DNA of 64,000 nucleotides from assembly GCA_951406725.2 (NCBI GenBank), contig OX597814.1, positions 141,980,001 to 142,044,000 of the forward strand. The letters are read 5' to 3'. The position numbers and the translations under genes were made by a program. Positions 49,263 through 62,032 of the stretch are shown piece after piece; the stretch's first letter is position 1; every line of letters starts with the position of its first letter. The notes beneath the pieces were generated by a model that was given only the letters and a program-made list of their open reading frames with translations, had not been told where the DNA came from and searched no databases. The stretch comes from Octopus vulgaris (lineage: Eukaryota).

Positions 49263-49612
49263 TACTAGATATGTATATACATATAGATAAATGTATGAAT
49301 GGGTGTGTGTGTGTACACACCTATATTAACTAGATACAGATAAAATGTCAGTGTAAGCATGTGTCCGTGTATGTGTGAATGTATCTGTGTGGACTCACCT
49401 ATATTAACTAGCTACAAATAAATATGTGCATGTGTGTGTGTGTGTGTGTATGCAAGTATGTGTGGTCTATGTGTGTGCATGTTGCTATGTGTATGTGTAT
49501 ACACAAAGATATGTTTAAAAACACACAGACATATAGATACTAGAAATATACAGATGCATCTACACACAAAAGCAAACTTATAGCTATAAATATCCATACA
49601 CACACACACACA

Positions 49613-50240
49613 CATCCATACTGACTTACCTACACACACACACACACACACTGACTTAACTACACACACTCACACACATCCATACTGACTTACCTACACA
49701 CATCCATACATACTTACCTACACACACACACACACACTCACACATCCATACTGACTTACCTACACACACACACACACACACTCACATACATCCATACTGA
49801 CTTACCTACACACACACACACATCTATACTGACTTACCTACACACTCACACACATCCATACTGACTTACCTACACACACTCACTCACACATCCATACTGA
49901 CTTACCTACACACACACTCACTCATTCACATCCATACTGACTTACCTACACACACTCACTCACACATCCATACTGACTTACCTACACACACACTCACTCA
50001 CACACATCCATACTGACTTACCTACACACACACTCACTCACACACATCCATACTGACTTACCTACACACACACTCACTCACACACATCCATACTGACTTA
50101 CCTACACACACACTCACTCACACACATCCATACTGACTTACCTACACACACACACACACACACACTCACACACATCCATACTGACTTACCTACACACATA
50201 CACACTCACACACATCCATACTGACTTACCTACACACTCA
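49613..50240. repeat. Minisatellite, 17 units of CATCCATACTGACTTACCTA + (CA)n/CTCA spacer (mostly 30-50 bp)
   Basis: Counted by eye: 17 cores, 16 with intact ACTTACCT. Confidence 0.95.
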
Positions 50241-50589
50241 TGGTAAACGAAATCAAATTACATGTCGACCAAGTTCTATTACTGACTAAGCTAACTCATT
50301 CCGGTTTGTAATAAAGTGTACATAAGAAAATCATTAAATATTTTCAGTGAAGCTTAAAAGTGTGAAGAAATCACGATGCTGGGTCATGTCTTTGGGTTCT
50401 TATGTGGCTAGAAAGGAAGTTCAGGGCTGTTATATAAACATGTACCAACAAGCTAATGACAGAATCTCTACATGATTGCTTGATCTGCTAGATATATCAA
50501 CGACCAACTAAGGCTCCCTGCAATATTGCAGAAAATTGCCTTAAGGAAAAGTCACATTGGATGATGTATTTCTAGATAAACTGTGAGCA

Positions 50590-50735
50590 ATGGGGTTGAT
50601 GTAATTGACTAGCCCCCTCTATTATTATTATTATTATTATTGTTATTATTATTATTATTATTATTATTGTTATTATCATTATTATTGTTATTATTATTAT
50701 TGTTATTATTATTATTATTGTTATCATTATTATTA

Positions 50736-50769
<34 letters not shown>

Positions 50770-51191
50770 GGCAGCGAGCTGGTAGAGTCATTATCATACT
50801 GGACGAAATGCTTAGCGGTATTTTGCCCATCGCTATGTTCTGAGTTCAAATTCTACTGAGGTCGATTTTGCTTTTCATCCTTTTGGGGGTCACTATAATC
50901 GACTAGTCCCCTCCCAAAAACTTGAGGCCTTGTGCCTATAATAGAAAGGATTATTATCATTATTGTTATTGTTAAGGCGGTGAGCTGGCAGAATCGCTAG
51001 CATGCCGGGCACAATGCTTAGCAGCATTTCATCTGTCTTTATGTTCTGGGTTCAAATTCCGCTGAGGTCAACTTTGTTTTTTATCCTTTCAGGGTCGATA
51101 AATTAAGTACCAATGAAACACTGGAATTGAAGTAAACACCTAGTCCCCTCCCACAAAATTTTGGGCCTTGTACCTATAGTAGAAAGGATTA

Positions 51192-51231
<40 letters not shown>

Positions 51232-51640
51232 GGCAGCATGTCAGCAACATTTAGGTCACCTTTAAGTCATGAGTTCAAATTCTGTCAAGGTCAACTTTGC
51301 CTTTCATCTTTCCTGGATTGATAAATTAAGTACCAATCAAGTACCCAAGTTGATGGAATCAACTAGCTCCCTTCCATCAGATTTTGGGGCTTGTGCCTAT
51401 AATAGTGAGGATTATTACTACTACTACTACTACTACTACTACTAAGGCATGTTAGATAAAGTGTTTTGTGGCATTTCTTGAGGCTCTTTGCATTCCAGAT
51501 ACAAATTCCACTAACATCAACTTTGACATCGATCCCCTCCAAGATCATAAAATGCAGTACCTATCAAGTACTGGGGTTGATGTAATTAACTAACCCACTT
51601 ACTTTCCATACTGGTTTTGTGCCAAATGTTGAAATGATTC
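50590..51640 (+). mobile_element. Head-to-tail array of about five family B SINEs separated by (ATT)n/(CTA)n
   Basis: Heads AAGGC at about 50769, 50975, 51231 and 51445 plus a partial unit at 50590, each following a triplet tract. Confidence 0.85.
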
Positions 51641-52224
51641 TAAGGCTGCTTAGACAAGCACATATAAAAAGACCAAAAAAAAAAAAAAGAGAAAACAGTT
51701 CAGTGAAGGGTAGAAATAATCATTTTGCTGTAAAGTGAATTAACTGATTCTTGATTGCTTCCAGTAATTAATAATCCAATTGTTCAATCAATAGAATTAC
51801 TTATTGAGTTAGCCAGGACTGACCTTAAACTCTTGGGAAATTAGGTGATTGATCTGGTGGTGATAGATAGAAGGGCTGACTGGTTTTATGACCTGTCATA
51901 TGATTCGACATTGAACCTTTCAAATTTTGCCAAAGGTATGGCTGTGTGGTTAAAAAGCTTGCTTTGTAACCATGTCGTTACAGCTTCAGTCCCATTATAT
52001 GGAACCTTGTGTGAGTGTTGTCTGCTATAACTCCAGGCTTACCAATACCTTGTGAGTGACTTTGGTTGACAGAAACTTTGAATAACATGTATAGTGTATT
52101 TGATAGATTTCTATATTTTCAATTAACCCCATGTCTTTCACATGGTATGGCTAATTTGAAGATTTTGGTAAAAAAAAAAGCCTTGTGAGTGGATTTGGTA
52201 GACAGAAACTGAAAGAAGTCTGTC

Positions 52225-52268
<44 letters not shown>

Positions 52269-53361
52269 GTGTGTGTGTTTGTGTCTGTCCCCCCAACATT
52301 GCTTGACAACCGATGCTGGTATGTTTACGTCCCCGTTACTTAGCGGTTCGGCAAAAGAGACTGATAGAATAAGTACTAGGCTTACAAAGAATAAGACCTG
52401 GGGTCGATTTGCTCGACTAAAAAGGCGGTGCTCCAGCATGGCCGCAGACAAATGACTGAAACAAGTAAAAAAGAGAAAAAGAGCTTGCTTCTTCCCATCT
52501 TTTCCTTGATCGTTTTCTGTATATTCATTCTATTTCAATAGTTTGGTATTTCTCTGTTCATCTCAAACTATCTGCATCATATATAGCCATACCAGTTCAA
52601 TCTTTCCTCTTGTATACTATATTATGTTCTTCTTATACACAATGCATTACACACACACACACACACACACACACTTATTAAACTTTTATGAGAAGACTGA
52701 CAGAGATGTCAAAGTTCCAGGCTACTGGCCTTCATCAGACTGTCCAATGAAGACTATCTTTTTCTCTTATATCATAAGGCCTTGTGTTTTCTATGTGAAT
52801 AAAACATAAATATTTGTATATTTTATATAATATTCCAAATAACCTTTCTTCTTGACTGAATTTTAAAAAAATCTAATAATAAAAATATAAACTATATATA
52901 TTTGATATATTTATGAAATAAACTCAACTATTTCTCAAGGGAAATTTTCTGAGACAAACACTATATATACATATATATATATATATATTTAGTAAGACAG
53001 ACACAATGTTTCTTGGTATAAATTTGATTATTTAGCAAGAAACTGATTTGGCTTCACTTTTATTTGATGGGATCAATATATTGATTTCTAGCATTGGTAC
53101 ATAGCCTAAGATTTAGGGTGGCTGGAAGCATTCATCTCTAGTTTAGCATTCCTAATCTTGTGGTCTTGTGGGTGCCAGTACCACATAAATGCACCCATGC
53201 TGGTGCTGTGTAAAAGCACTTAGTGCACTTTGTAAAGTGGTTGGCATCAGAAAGAGTATCAAGCCATAGAAACCATTCCTTCCCTGAGCATCTGCTAATA
53301 CTTTGCATGTATCATGTCCTCACGTTGTTGTTTTTTCTTGTGTTTGTCCTTCATTTTTGAT

Positions 53362-53400
<39 letters not shown>

Positions 53401-53581
53401 TATATATATATATACGTATAGATGTAAGTATGTACATATACGTATGTATATATGCATATGTATATGACCTGCTCGCTTAGCCAGCAGGGTGGCGTCATTT
53501 GAAGGCTAAAACAATGTGAAGCGCATTGTGACCAGCGATGTGTAGCAACATCTAATGGCCTGGTCGGTCACGTGATCATGT

Positions 53582-53637
<56 letters not shown>

Positions 53638-54154
53638 AACACACACACATATATATGTGTATATATATGTGTGTGTATGTGTGTATATATATATATAGAG
53701 AGAGAGAGAGAGACATTATGATTTCTTCTATATAACAGTAAAAAGAATTAGTTTGCCTTGGTACAAAAGGAGATGTTATGAGGTCAATTGAACTTTTGCT
53801 TACACTTATTTTATTGGCTTTTGAGAAATAAGGCAGCAAATACACACATGCACACAGACACACACCACTGCTGCTACCGTCACCGCCGCCACCATGATCA
53901 TCATGAACTTTTCCATGCTTGTATGAGTCAGACAGAATTCATTGAGGCAGACTTTCTATGGCTGGATACCCTTCCTGTAACCAGGAAGATTATGTGTGCA
54001 TAAATATCTATATGCTTAAAGATACATCAGTGTTCATCTTCTAAACATTTACAGTTTTTGTTTCTTGCTCTCTCTCTCTCTATATATATATATAAATTTG
54101 CATGTGTATATGTATGTATATTTCATATATCAAACTCAACTGTATTTACTTACA

Positions 54155-54226
<72 letters not shown>

Positions 54227-54983
54227 TATATATATAATTTCCAAATTTGTGTGCATGTGTATAGAATAATATATATACATACACACATGCAATCTATGAG
54301 TGCCAATATTTGCCTGTTTGTCTTCATACAATGGAACCATTCTCTCAATGTATATTTTCAAAAATTTGCTCACAAAATATGAAATCATCATTATCATCAT
54401 CATTATTTAATGTCTGCTTTCCATGCTGGCATGGGTTGGACAGTTTGACGCTGACCAACTGAAGGTCTGTTCAGGTTCCATATCTGTTTTCATGTGGTTT
54501 CTATGGCTGGATGTTTTTCCTAGCATCAACCACTTTACAGAGTATGCTGGGTGCTTTTATGCAACACCGGTCTGGGTACTTTTTACATGGCAGCAGCACA
54601 TTCTGAAATAATGCAAGAATGAAAAAATTCCAAGGGTGAAACAATGAGTGTTGTAAAAAAGAGATTACGACTGATTGGTGCCACATAAAGAGCACCCATA
54701 TTGGTGCCATGTAAAATGCTGCCATGTCAGCGCCTTATAAAAACCACCAGTGCTGGTGCCATGTAAAAAGTACCTGTGCCGGTGCCACATAAAAAAGCAC
54801 CTGTGCTTGTGCCATGTAAGAAGCAGCTTTACCAATTCCACTTAGAAAAAATAAGCACCCAGTACACTCTGTAAAGTGCTTGCATTAAGGAAGGTGTTTC
54901 CAGCTGTAGAAACCATGCTGAAACAGACAGATGGAGCCCAGTGCAGCTCTCTGGCTGGCCAGCTCCTGTGAAACCAACATTTA

Positions 54984-55397
54984 GGCACAGGAGTGGCTGT
55001 GTGGTAAGTAGCTTGCTTACCAATCACATGGTTCTGGGTTCAGTCCCACTGCGTGGTACCTTGGGCAAGTGTCTTCTACTATAGCTTCGGGCTGACCAAA
55101 GTCTTGTGAGTGGATTTGGTAGATGGAAATTTAAAGAAGCCCATCGTGTATATGTGTATATATATATATGTATGTGTGTGTGTATGTTTGTGTGTCTGTG
55201 TTTGTCCCCCCAATGTTGCTTGACAACTGATGCTGGTGTGTTTACATCCCTGTAACTTAGTGGTTCTGCAAAAGAGACTGATAGAATAAGTACTAGGCTT
55301 ACAAAGAATAAGTCCTGGGGTCGATTTGCTTGACTAAAGGTGGTGCTCCAGCATGGCCACAGTCAAATGACTGAAACAAGTAAAAGAGTAAAAGAGT
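54984..55397 (+). mobile_element. SINE family A, full length
   Basis: Complete head to (AGTAAAAG)n tail. Confidence 0.92.
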
Positions 55398-55399
55398 AA

Positions 55400-56180
55400 G
55401 TGAGGAGAACTCAGTGACAGAGTGCATTGTTGTTGTGAAAAATCCAATTCTTCATGCTCCAAATTCTTCGGTCATGCGCCACTATGACCGAACATCCTCT
55501 CTCAAATGTTCCAAAATGCCATCGATTAATCCTCTGACAATCATCAAGTACAAGCTGATGAATTTTCTTCACATTTCCAGGGATGAAGCTTGTGGCAGGT
55601 CTTCCAGATCACTCATCATCTTCTAGGGACGTTCTTCTGCTTTTTGAAGCACCAGTGCCACTTGAAACATTGCATACAACACATTGTCTCATCACCATAA
55701 GCTGCTGTTCAAGAATTTGGACCTGGAGATCTCCATTTCCAGCGACTTTGAGGGTCACCTCCCAGTGGTGTCGGGTGTCAACGAAGAGCCCTCGACTACA
55801 ACAAGACAACCAAAGTTTTTTTTTCCAAGGTCTGGGGTCTCCTGCCCATAAGCCCTAGACCATCACCTAATCACCCTTACCCGTCTTGTTGCTTAACAAC
55901 AACAACAACAATCACCATAAGCTTGCCAAAGTATGCTCAATGTCTGTGTAGCAGACTTCCCAAGTTTAACACAGAATTTCATGTTGGCTCTTCATTCCAA
56001 CTTCCTGTCCATGACAAAATCACAGACTGTAACATACATGTGATCACAAAAATGCAAATTTCACAACTTGCTAAGTAAACACAGTGATGCCTCATGAAGG
56101 TCACTGTGCACACAATTGTATGCTGTCATCTGTTGGCACGCTAAAGAACTAGCTTGGGAACTTTTTGATACCACCTCTCA
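55400..56180 (-). mobile_element. Mariner 5' remnant (HTH region), interrupted at about 55700-55910
   Basis: AYGDETMC.MQCFKWH and RTSLEDDE*SGRPAT; TIR-like GAGGTGGTATCAAAAAGTTC at the right end. Confidence 0.78.
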
Positions 56181-56212
56181 TAAAATATTCAAATAATATG
56201 CTCTATGAATTG

Positions 56213-56520
56213 TGGAGGCACATGGCCTAGTGGTTAGAGCAGTGGACTCGTGGTCGAGAGATCGCGGGTTCGAATCTCAGACTGGGTGATGTGTGTGTTA
56301 ATGAGCAAAACACCTAAGCTCCACGCGGCTCCGGCAGAAGGTAATAGCAAACTTCAACTGACACTTTCGCCACAACTTTCTCTCACTCTTTCCTCCTGCA
56401 TCTTGCAGCTCACTTGCGACGGACCGGCGTCCCATCCAGGTGGGGAACCTATACACCAAGGAAACAAAAAAACTGGCCCTTATGAGCCAGGCATGGCTCG
56501 AGAAGGAACAAACAAACAAA
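56213..56520 (+). mobile_element. tRNA(Arg)-like SINE family C2 with TSD
   Basis: A box TGGCCTAGTGG, anticodon-like CTCG, B box GGTTCGAATC, (AACA)n tail; 12-bp TSD ctctatgaattg (56201-56212 / 56521-56532). Confidence 0.92.
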
Positions 56521-58978
56521 CTCTATGAATTGGATTTTGATACCACCTTGCATAAAATATTCAAGTATTATGCTATATGAATTGGACTCACTCCTACTTT
56601 CAAATGACCTAATTTGGTATTACAGGTGGCCTCGTGCAAGAACAGATATCAACTTTTAACTTGTGGCAGATTTACCATTTGGCTGAGTTTCTTTCATACC
56701 TATCTCATAAGAATAAAGAGCCAAGCTTCAGCACCATAGAAAGACCAAATTCTTCAGCTAGTGTGTGTGTGCATGTATGTGAGTGAGTATCCATGAATGT
56801 TGATATTCAACACTTGTTACCATTTGAGCAAAACAGGTGATGATGTTGACATGCCTTGTTGACATTATGACAGGTTGCTCAGTGCTTTTAAAGATCTTTG
56901 TAGTACAAACTCTCTTACTTGAGAAACATACAAGTGTTGGTGAAGAAGAGCATCCAGCTGTAAAATTCTGTCTTAACTCCCTTACCAAACTGTGCCAGCA
57001 CACAAAGAAGAAAAAAAAGCATGTTGAATGAATGAATGAGAAACAAAAGCCCTAATTTGCAAGGATTAAGGGCAGGATTAATAGAGAAGGATCATTAAGA
57101 AATATTTGACTCCCTTAATCTCTAACTTAAACTTCTTATCACATTGAGATAAGTTTGTTGGAATGTTACACTATCAAATTTATGCTGTCCATTATGATTT
57201 AATGATTAATAACTTCAAAACTTTCCAAAGGGATTAAACTGCTGTGATAAAGAAAGTTCCAGATAATAATCATTTGGTCAACTTAAAAAAAATACATATT
57301 TTATTAGCTGTTGCAGTTGGCAAGCTACCAGAAAATGCAAAGGGACATAACTGCTTTCTGGTAAAACTGCTTTTATCAAAACACTTAGACTTTGTATGTA
57401 TGATAATGAATTGTAAAAACTCACTTGACAAATAGACAAATATCTATTCCAGTTACAAAAATAAAAGCCAACCTCCCAATTATTAATACAGAGAAGACTT
57501 AGATCTTATTCTGTTTAACACAGTTTAGTAAAGTCAAGAAATTAAAATTGATAACAGCTTATCAAAAGAAAAAAAAAACCTTAGATAATTAATTCTGCAT
57601 GTAATTAATAGTGAAAAATAGTTTTTAATTATCTCAATGATTACTCAACAATGAAATAAATATCTTCCCAGCTAACCTAATTAGCAATGAAATATCTCCT
57701 CAGATAACAAGTAAACAGTCCATATATTAGTAACAACCTGATACAGCATGATTGTAATTTGGCATGGTAGAGAATAGAGAACTATCCAATAGTTACCAAA
57801 ACTGGGGGAAAGGGAAAGAGGAGAGAAGGAGAGGAATTATCTCTAATTCTCCTTCTTCTAAAGAAAAAGAGCCAAAAAAAAAATCCTTCTACTTCAAGAA
57901 TCAATACATAACCCTCTGAATTTGTATAATTGATCATTATATTGGTTTCAAATTTTGGCACAAGGCCAGCAGGTTTGGGTGAGTGGTAAAGTGAATTAAA
58001 TTAATTCCAGTGTTCAACTGGAACTTATTTTATTGTGTCCAAAAGGATGAAAGGCAACGTTGACCTCCGCAGAATTTAAACTCAGAGCATGAGGACAGAT
58101 GAAATGCCGCTAAGCATTTTGTCTGGTATTCTAATGATTCTGTCAGGTTGCTGCCTTATACTCAATTATTTTATTAGCAGATATTTATAGCTAAAGTGAT
58201 TGTATATTAGATTTTGTATTCTGTGATTAATATTTTGTCTTTTTTTATTTTTCTTTTTAACTTGTTGGGTTTGGAGAAAAGAGAAATGCTTGTAGCCTTC
58301 CCAGGCTTTCCAAGAACAATGGAATCAGTGGATCATTGGAAGTCAACATCTGTGGGATTAATATGCACAAGGTGGGAGTTTCAGAGAGCCAACATTCTGG
58401 AGAGGAAAGACTGTGTGTGGTGCTTAGTACAGACTCTGGAGTGTTGGACACAACATGGGTGATGGGATAAGTGGGTGGAAATGCTTCCGTCTACCAAATT
58501 CACTCACAAGGCTTTGGCTGTCCTGGGGCTATAGTAGAAGACATTTAACCTATAGTGCCACACAATGGGATTGAACCCAGAACCATGTGGTTGGGAGGCA
58601 AAATTCTTACCACACTTGTGCCTATATTAGTAAATAATTATAAAATTCTTCTTCTTCTTCTTCTAGTCGTTATAACTGATGTACCAGGAATTTCTACCTC
58701 CAATGAGTTTTGATATGTTTTCAATTTCATGTTTATGTGTCCCTGCCAATAGCATCAAGAAAGTTGAATGGTCTTTGTCCTTTGCTAGAGTGTGGAAATC
58801 TGTTATGGCCAGCAGTGGCTTGCAGAGCCTAACCTTTGTTAAACAACAATAGAAGATAGTAATCAGAATGTGTCATTCAATCTGCTTTTTGGTCTTCTGC
58901 TCATTCCATGAGATGTTTTAAGCTCTCATGAATTCACAATTGTAAAATAACATTAAAAAATTACCATTACAATAGTGG

Positions 58979-59026
<48 letters not shown>

Positions 59027-59615
59027 AAGAGAAGAACTTGTGGGCTATCCTATTAATTATACAAAATGAAAAGTTGAGGTTTAATAATTAAAGTGAATAA
59101 TTACATATCTAAATTTCCTAGAGGAGTTATTATGCAAATAATTTAAATTTTCCGTGCTATTAGCATGATCTTTCATGTATTGAATATCTGAAGATGATCA
59201 GGGAATAGGGTGATCAAAATTTAAAATTAAACATAAAAACACAAAAAAGAAAACACTGTGATTAATAATTTGGAAATTTTAAATTGTTTCGAAGAGAACA
59301 AGTTGGACTGAAAAATTTAGTTGGATCTGATAAGAAATATATTGTTTTTACAGTAATATGGCAAACAAATTTTCAATTTCACAGTTTTTATAATTATAAC
59401 TGAGGGTGGTTGTACTTTGAAGATCAAATTAACTAATGAGAAAATACAGCTAATACAAGTTAGTGGGATTTTTCAGGAGAGTGAAGGGACAAATTTAGAT
59501 GATATTCAGATAATTTTCTTCTTTATAAATTTCCTTTTCTCTGACAGACAGACACACACACACACACAAAACAAAAAACAAAGCTAAAGGAAAGCCTGTG
59601 CTACACTGCACGTCC

Positions 59616-60411
59616 ATCATCATCATCATCATCATTTAACGTCCGCTTTCCATGCTAGCATGGGTTGGACGGTTCAACTGGGGTCTGGGGAGCCCGAAAG
59701 CTGCACCAGTCCAGTCAGATCTGGCAGTGTTTCTACAGCTGGATGCCCTTCCTAACGCCAACCACTCCAAGAGTGTAGTGGGTGATTTTATGTGCCACCG
59801 ACACAGGTGCCAGACGAGGCTGGCAAACGGCCATGCTCGGATGGTGTTTTTTATGTGCCACCGACACAGGTGCCAGACGAGGCTGGCAGACGGCCACGCT
59901 CGGATGGTGTTTTTATGTGCCACCGACACAGGTGCCAGATGAGGCTGGCAAGCGGCCACGATCGGATGGTGTTTGTTACGTGCCCACAGCACGGAGGCCA
60001 GTCGATGCGGTACTGGCTACGGCCACGTTCGGATGGTTTTCTTGTGTGCCACGTGCCACCGGCACTGGTACCACAAAGATACAAATTCCATTGATGTTCA
60101 TCTATTTTGATTTGTTTTGATTTTCACTTGCCTCAACAGGTCTTCACAAGTGTCACAAGAAGGAAGGTATGCACAGGTGGACTGACTACGTCCCAGGTAG
60201 GGGCCACAGGTTATGGCCTGACTAGTCTTGCCGGGTCTTCGGATGGTGTTTTTATGTGCCACCGACACAGGTGCCAGATGAGGCTGGCGAACGGCCATGA
60301 TCGGATGGTGTTTGTTACGTGCCCACAGCACGGAGGCCAGTCGGTGCGGTACTGGCTACGGCCACGTTTGGATGGTTTTCTTGTGTGCCATCGGCACTGG
60401 TACCACAAAGA
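59616..60411 (-). mobile_element. Young family D retroposon with about 62-bp internal tandem repeats
   Basis: (CAT)n-TTTAACGTCCGCTTTCCATGCTAGC end; unit cores at 59791, 59854, 59916 and 59979; block 59900-60082 recurs at 60240-60411. Confidence 0.9.
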
Positions 60412-61261
60412 TATGCATATTATAAAACACACATATTTATATGGAAAGACTTTTAGACAATACATCGGGTTGGTCATAGACAACTCACTTATAAAGAGTT
60501 GGTGTTATATAATAATGTCGGGCTTACAATCATGAGGTAGTGAGTTCAATTTCTGGCCTAGGCTATGTGTTCTTTTCTTGAGCAAGCTACTTTATTTCAT
60601 GCTGCTCCAGTTCACTCAACTGTAGGAATGAGTTATGATGCCACTGGTGTCAAGCTGTATCAGCCTTTGCCTTTCCCTTGCATAACATCAGTGGTGTGGA
60701 GGGGGAAGACAGGTATGCATTGGTGGCTGCTGGTCTTCCATAAACAACCTTGCCCACACTTGTTCCTGAGAGGGGAACTTTCTAGGTGCAATCCCAAGGT
60801 CATTTACCTTTACCCTTTTTTTTATATAATACTGTGAGTTTTATATATTAAAAAAAAATTTAAACAATGTGTTTTCTAATGACAGTTACTTCTGATATGA
60901 ACCTACGAAGGAGGTACCTGAAAAAATCTACCTCAACAACTTTCACAGGAAAAGTGGGCAGAGAAAATGGATGAATGGCTTTTATACACAACGAGCCTTT
61001 ATAGAGGATTGACCTTATATAACACATTTATAGATAGCATATCCTTCTCCCTAATGTTTGAAGTCTATGAAAAATAGGCTTCATGATATGGAATTTCACA
61101 TGATAGATATGTTTAAATGGTCACTATTGTACTGTAATTTTTAACTTATATGAATGTGTCCAGTAGCAGAAGGAATTTAGAAAAATGGATGCAGGAAAAA
61201 TTACAATTGCTTGTTAAGTAAACTACCTATTGAGCTTATTTTTGGTATAGTCTGCCTTTAA

Positions 61262-61481
61262 CCCTTTCATTACCAACCCAGCTGAAACTGGCTCTGGCTC
61301 TGAGTACAAATGTCTTGTTTACATAAGTTTTGAATTAAAATCTTCCAACAAACCTCAGTCACAATTTATGTTCCTAACACTAGTTGAATGATAACTACGT
61401 TATTTTACTAAATTCTTTATTATATTTAAAATAATTGAAAGAAACTCAGAACATCTCAAAATAAATATAGTAACGAAAGGG
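61262..61481. mobile_element. piggyBac-type MITE
   Basis: TTAA-CCCTTTCATTAC...GTAACGAAAGGG-TTAA. Confidence 0.9.
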
Positions 61482-61835
61482 TTAAACTAGTGCCCTATGA
61501 GTGAGCATGCACTGTGTGTAAACAAACCAGCTATACACATGTATGAAACAAGTAACAGTAATTTTTCCTGTGTCCATTTTTCTGCACATTATGCATTAAT
61601 GGGTTAAAAGAGTAGAGGCTGAAATATAGATTCTGTTGCTACTATCACTGCTGCTGTCAATGCCACTACCATCCTCATAGATGTCCATTTTCCCACAAGA
61701 TTGATGGGCTACATGAGACTGTTGTATGGCATATTGTCACTTATTTCAATCATTTGTTAGGTTTGTCATCTTATCCTCAAGTGTCAAACATTTTGAGATT
61801 TGATGACTGCACTTCTCTCCATAGTTTTTCCTTAA

Positions 61836-62032
61836 CCCTTTTGATACCAACCCAGCTGAAACTGGCTCTAGCTCTGTGGTACAAATGTCTTGTTTTCAAA
61901 AGTTCTGACTTCACCAAACCTTAGTCACAATTTATGTTCCTAACACTAAGTTATTTTGCTAAATTCTTTGTTATATTAAAAATAATGGAAAGAAACACAG
62001 AGCATCTCAAAATAAATACAGTAACAAAAGGG
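61836..62032. mobile_element. piggyBac-type MITE, same family with small deletions
   Basis: TTAA-CCCTTTTGATAC...GTAACAAAAGGG-TTAA; body matches 61262..61481. Confidence 0.9.

Noticed and set aside
48595-49320. 241-aa and other Y/I/M/C/H/T-rich ORFs (also 1715-2315, 10653-11225, 53295-54403)
   Set aside because: Translations of (TA)n/(CA)n microsatellites, which lack stop codons.
49613-50240. CRISPR-like repeat-spacer appearance (also the D-element arrays)
   Set aside because: Eukaryotic context, spacers are (CA)n variants or mutually homologous, and there are no cas genes.
53480-53497. Second CTCF-like motif GCCAGCAGGGTGGCGTC
   Set aside because: An extra base breaks the core spacing, and it lies in a repeat-like segment between microsatellites.
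56213-56290. tRNA-Arg gene
   Set aside because: No acceptor-stem 3' half or T-run terminator; continues into a SINE body with tail and TSD.
59636-60535. Overlapping 77-142 aa Cys/His/Arg-rich ORFs
   Set aside because: Products of the GC-rich internal tandem repeats of a family D element.
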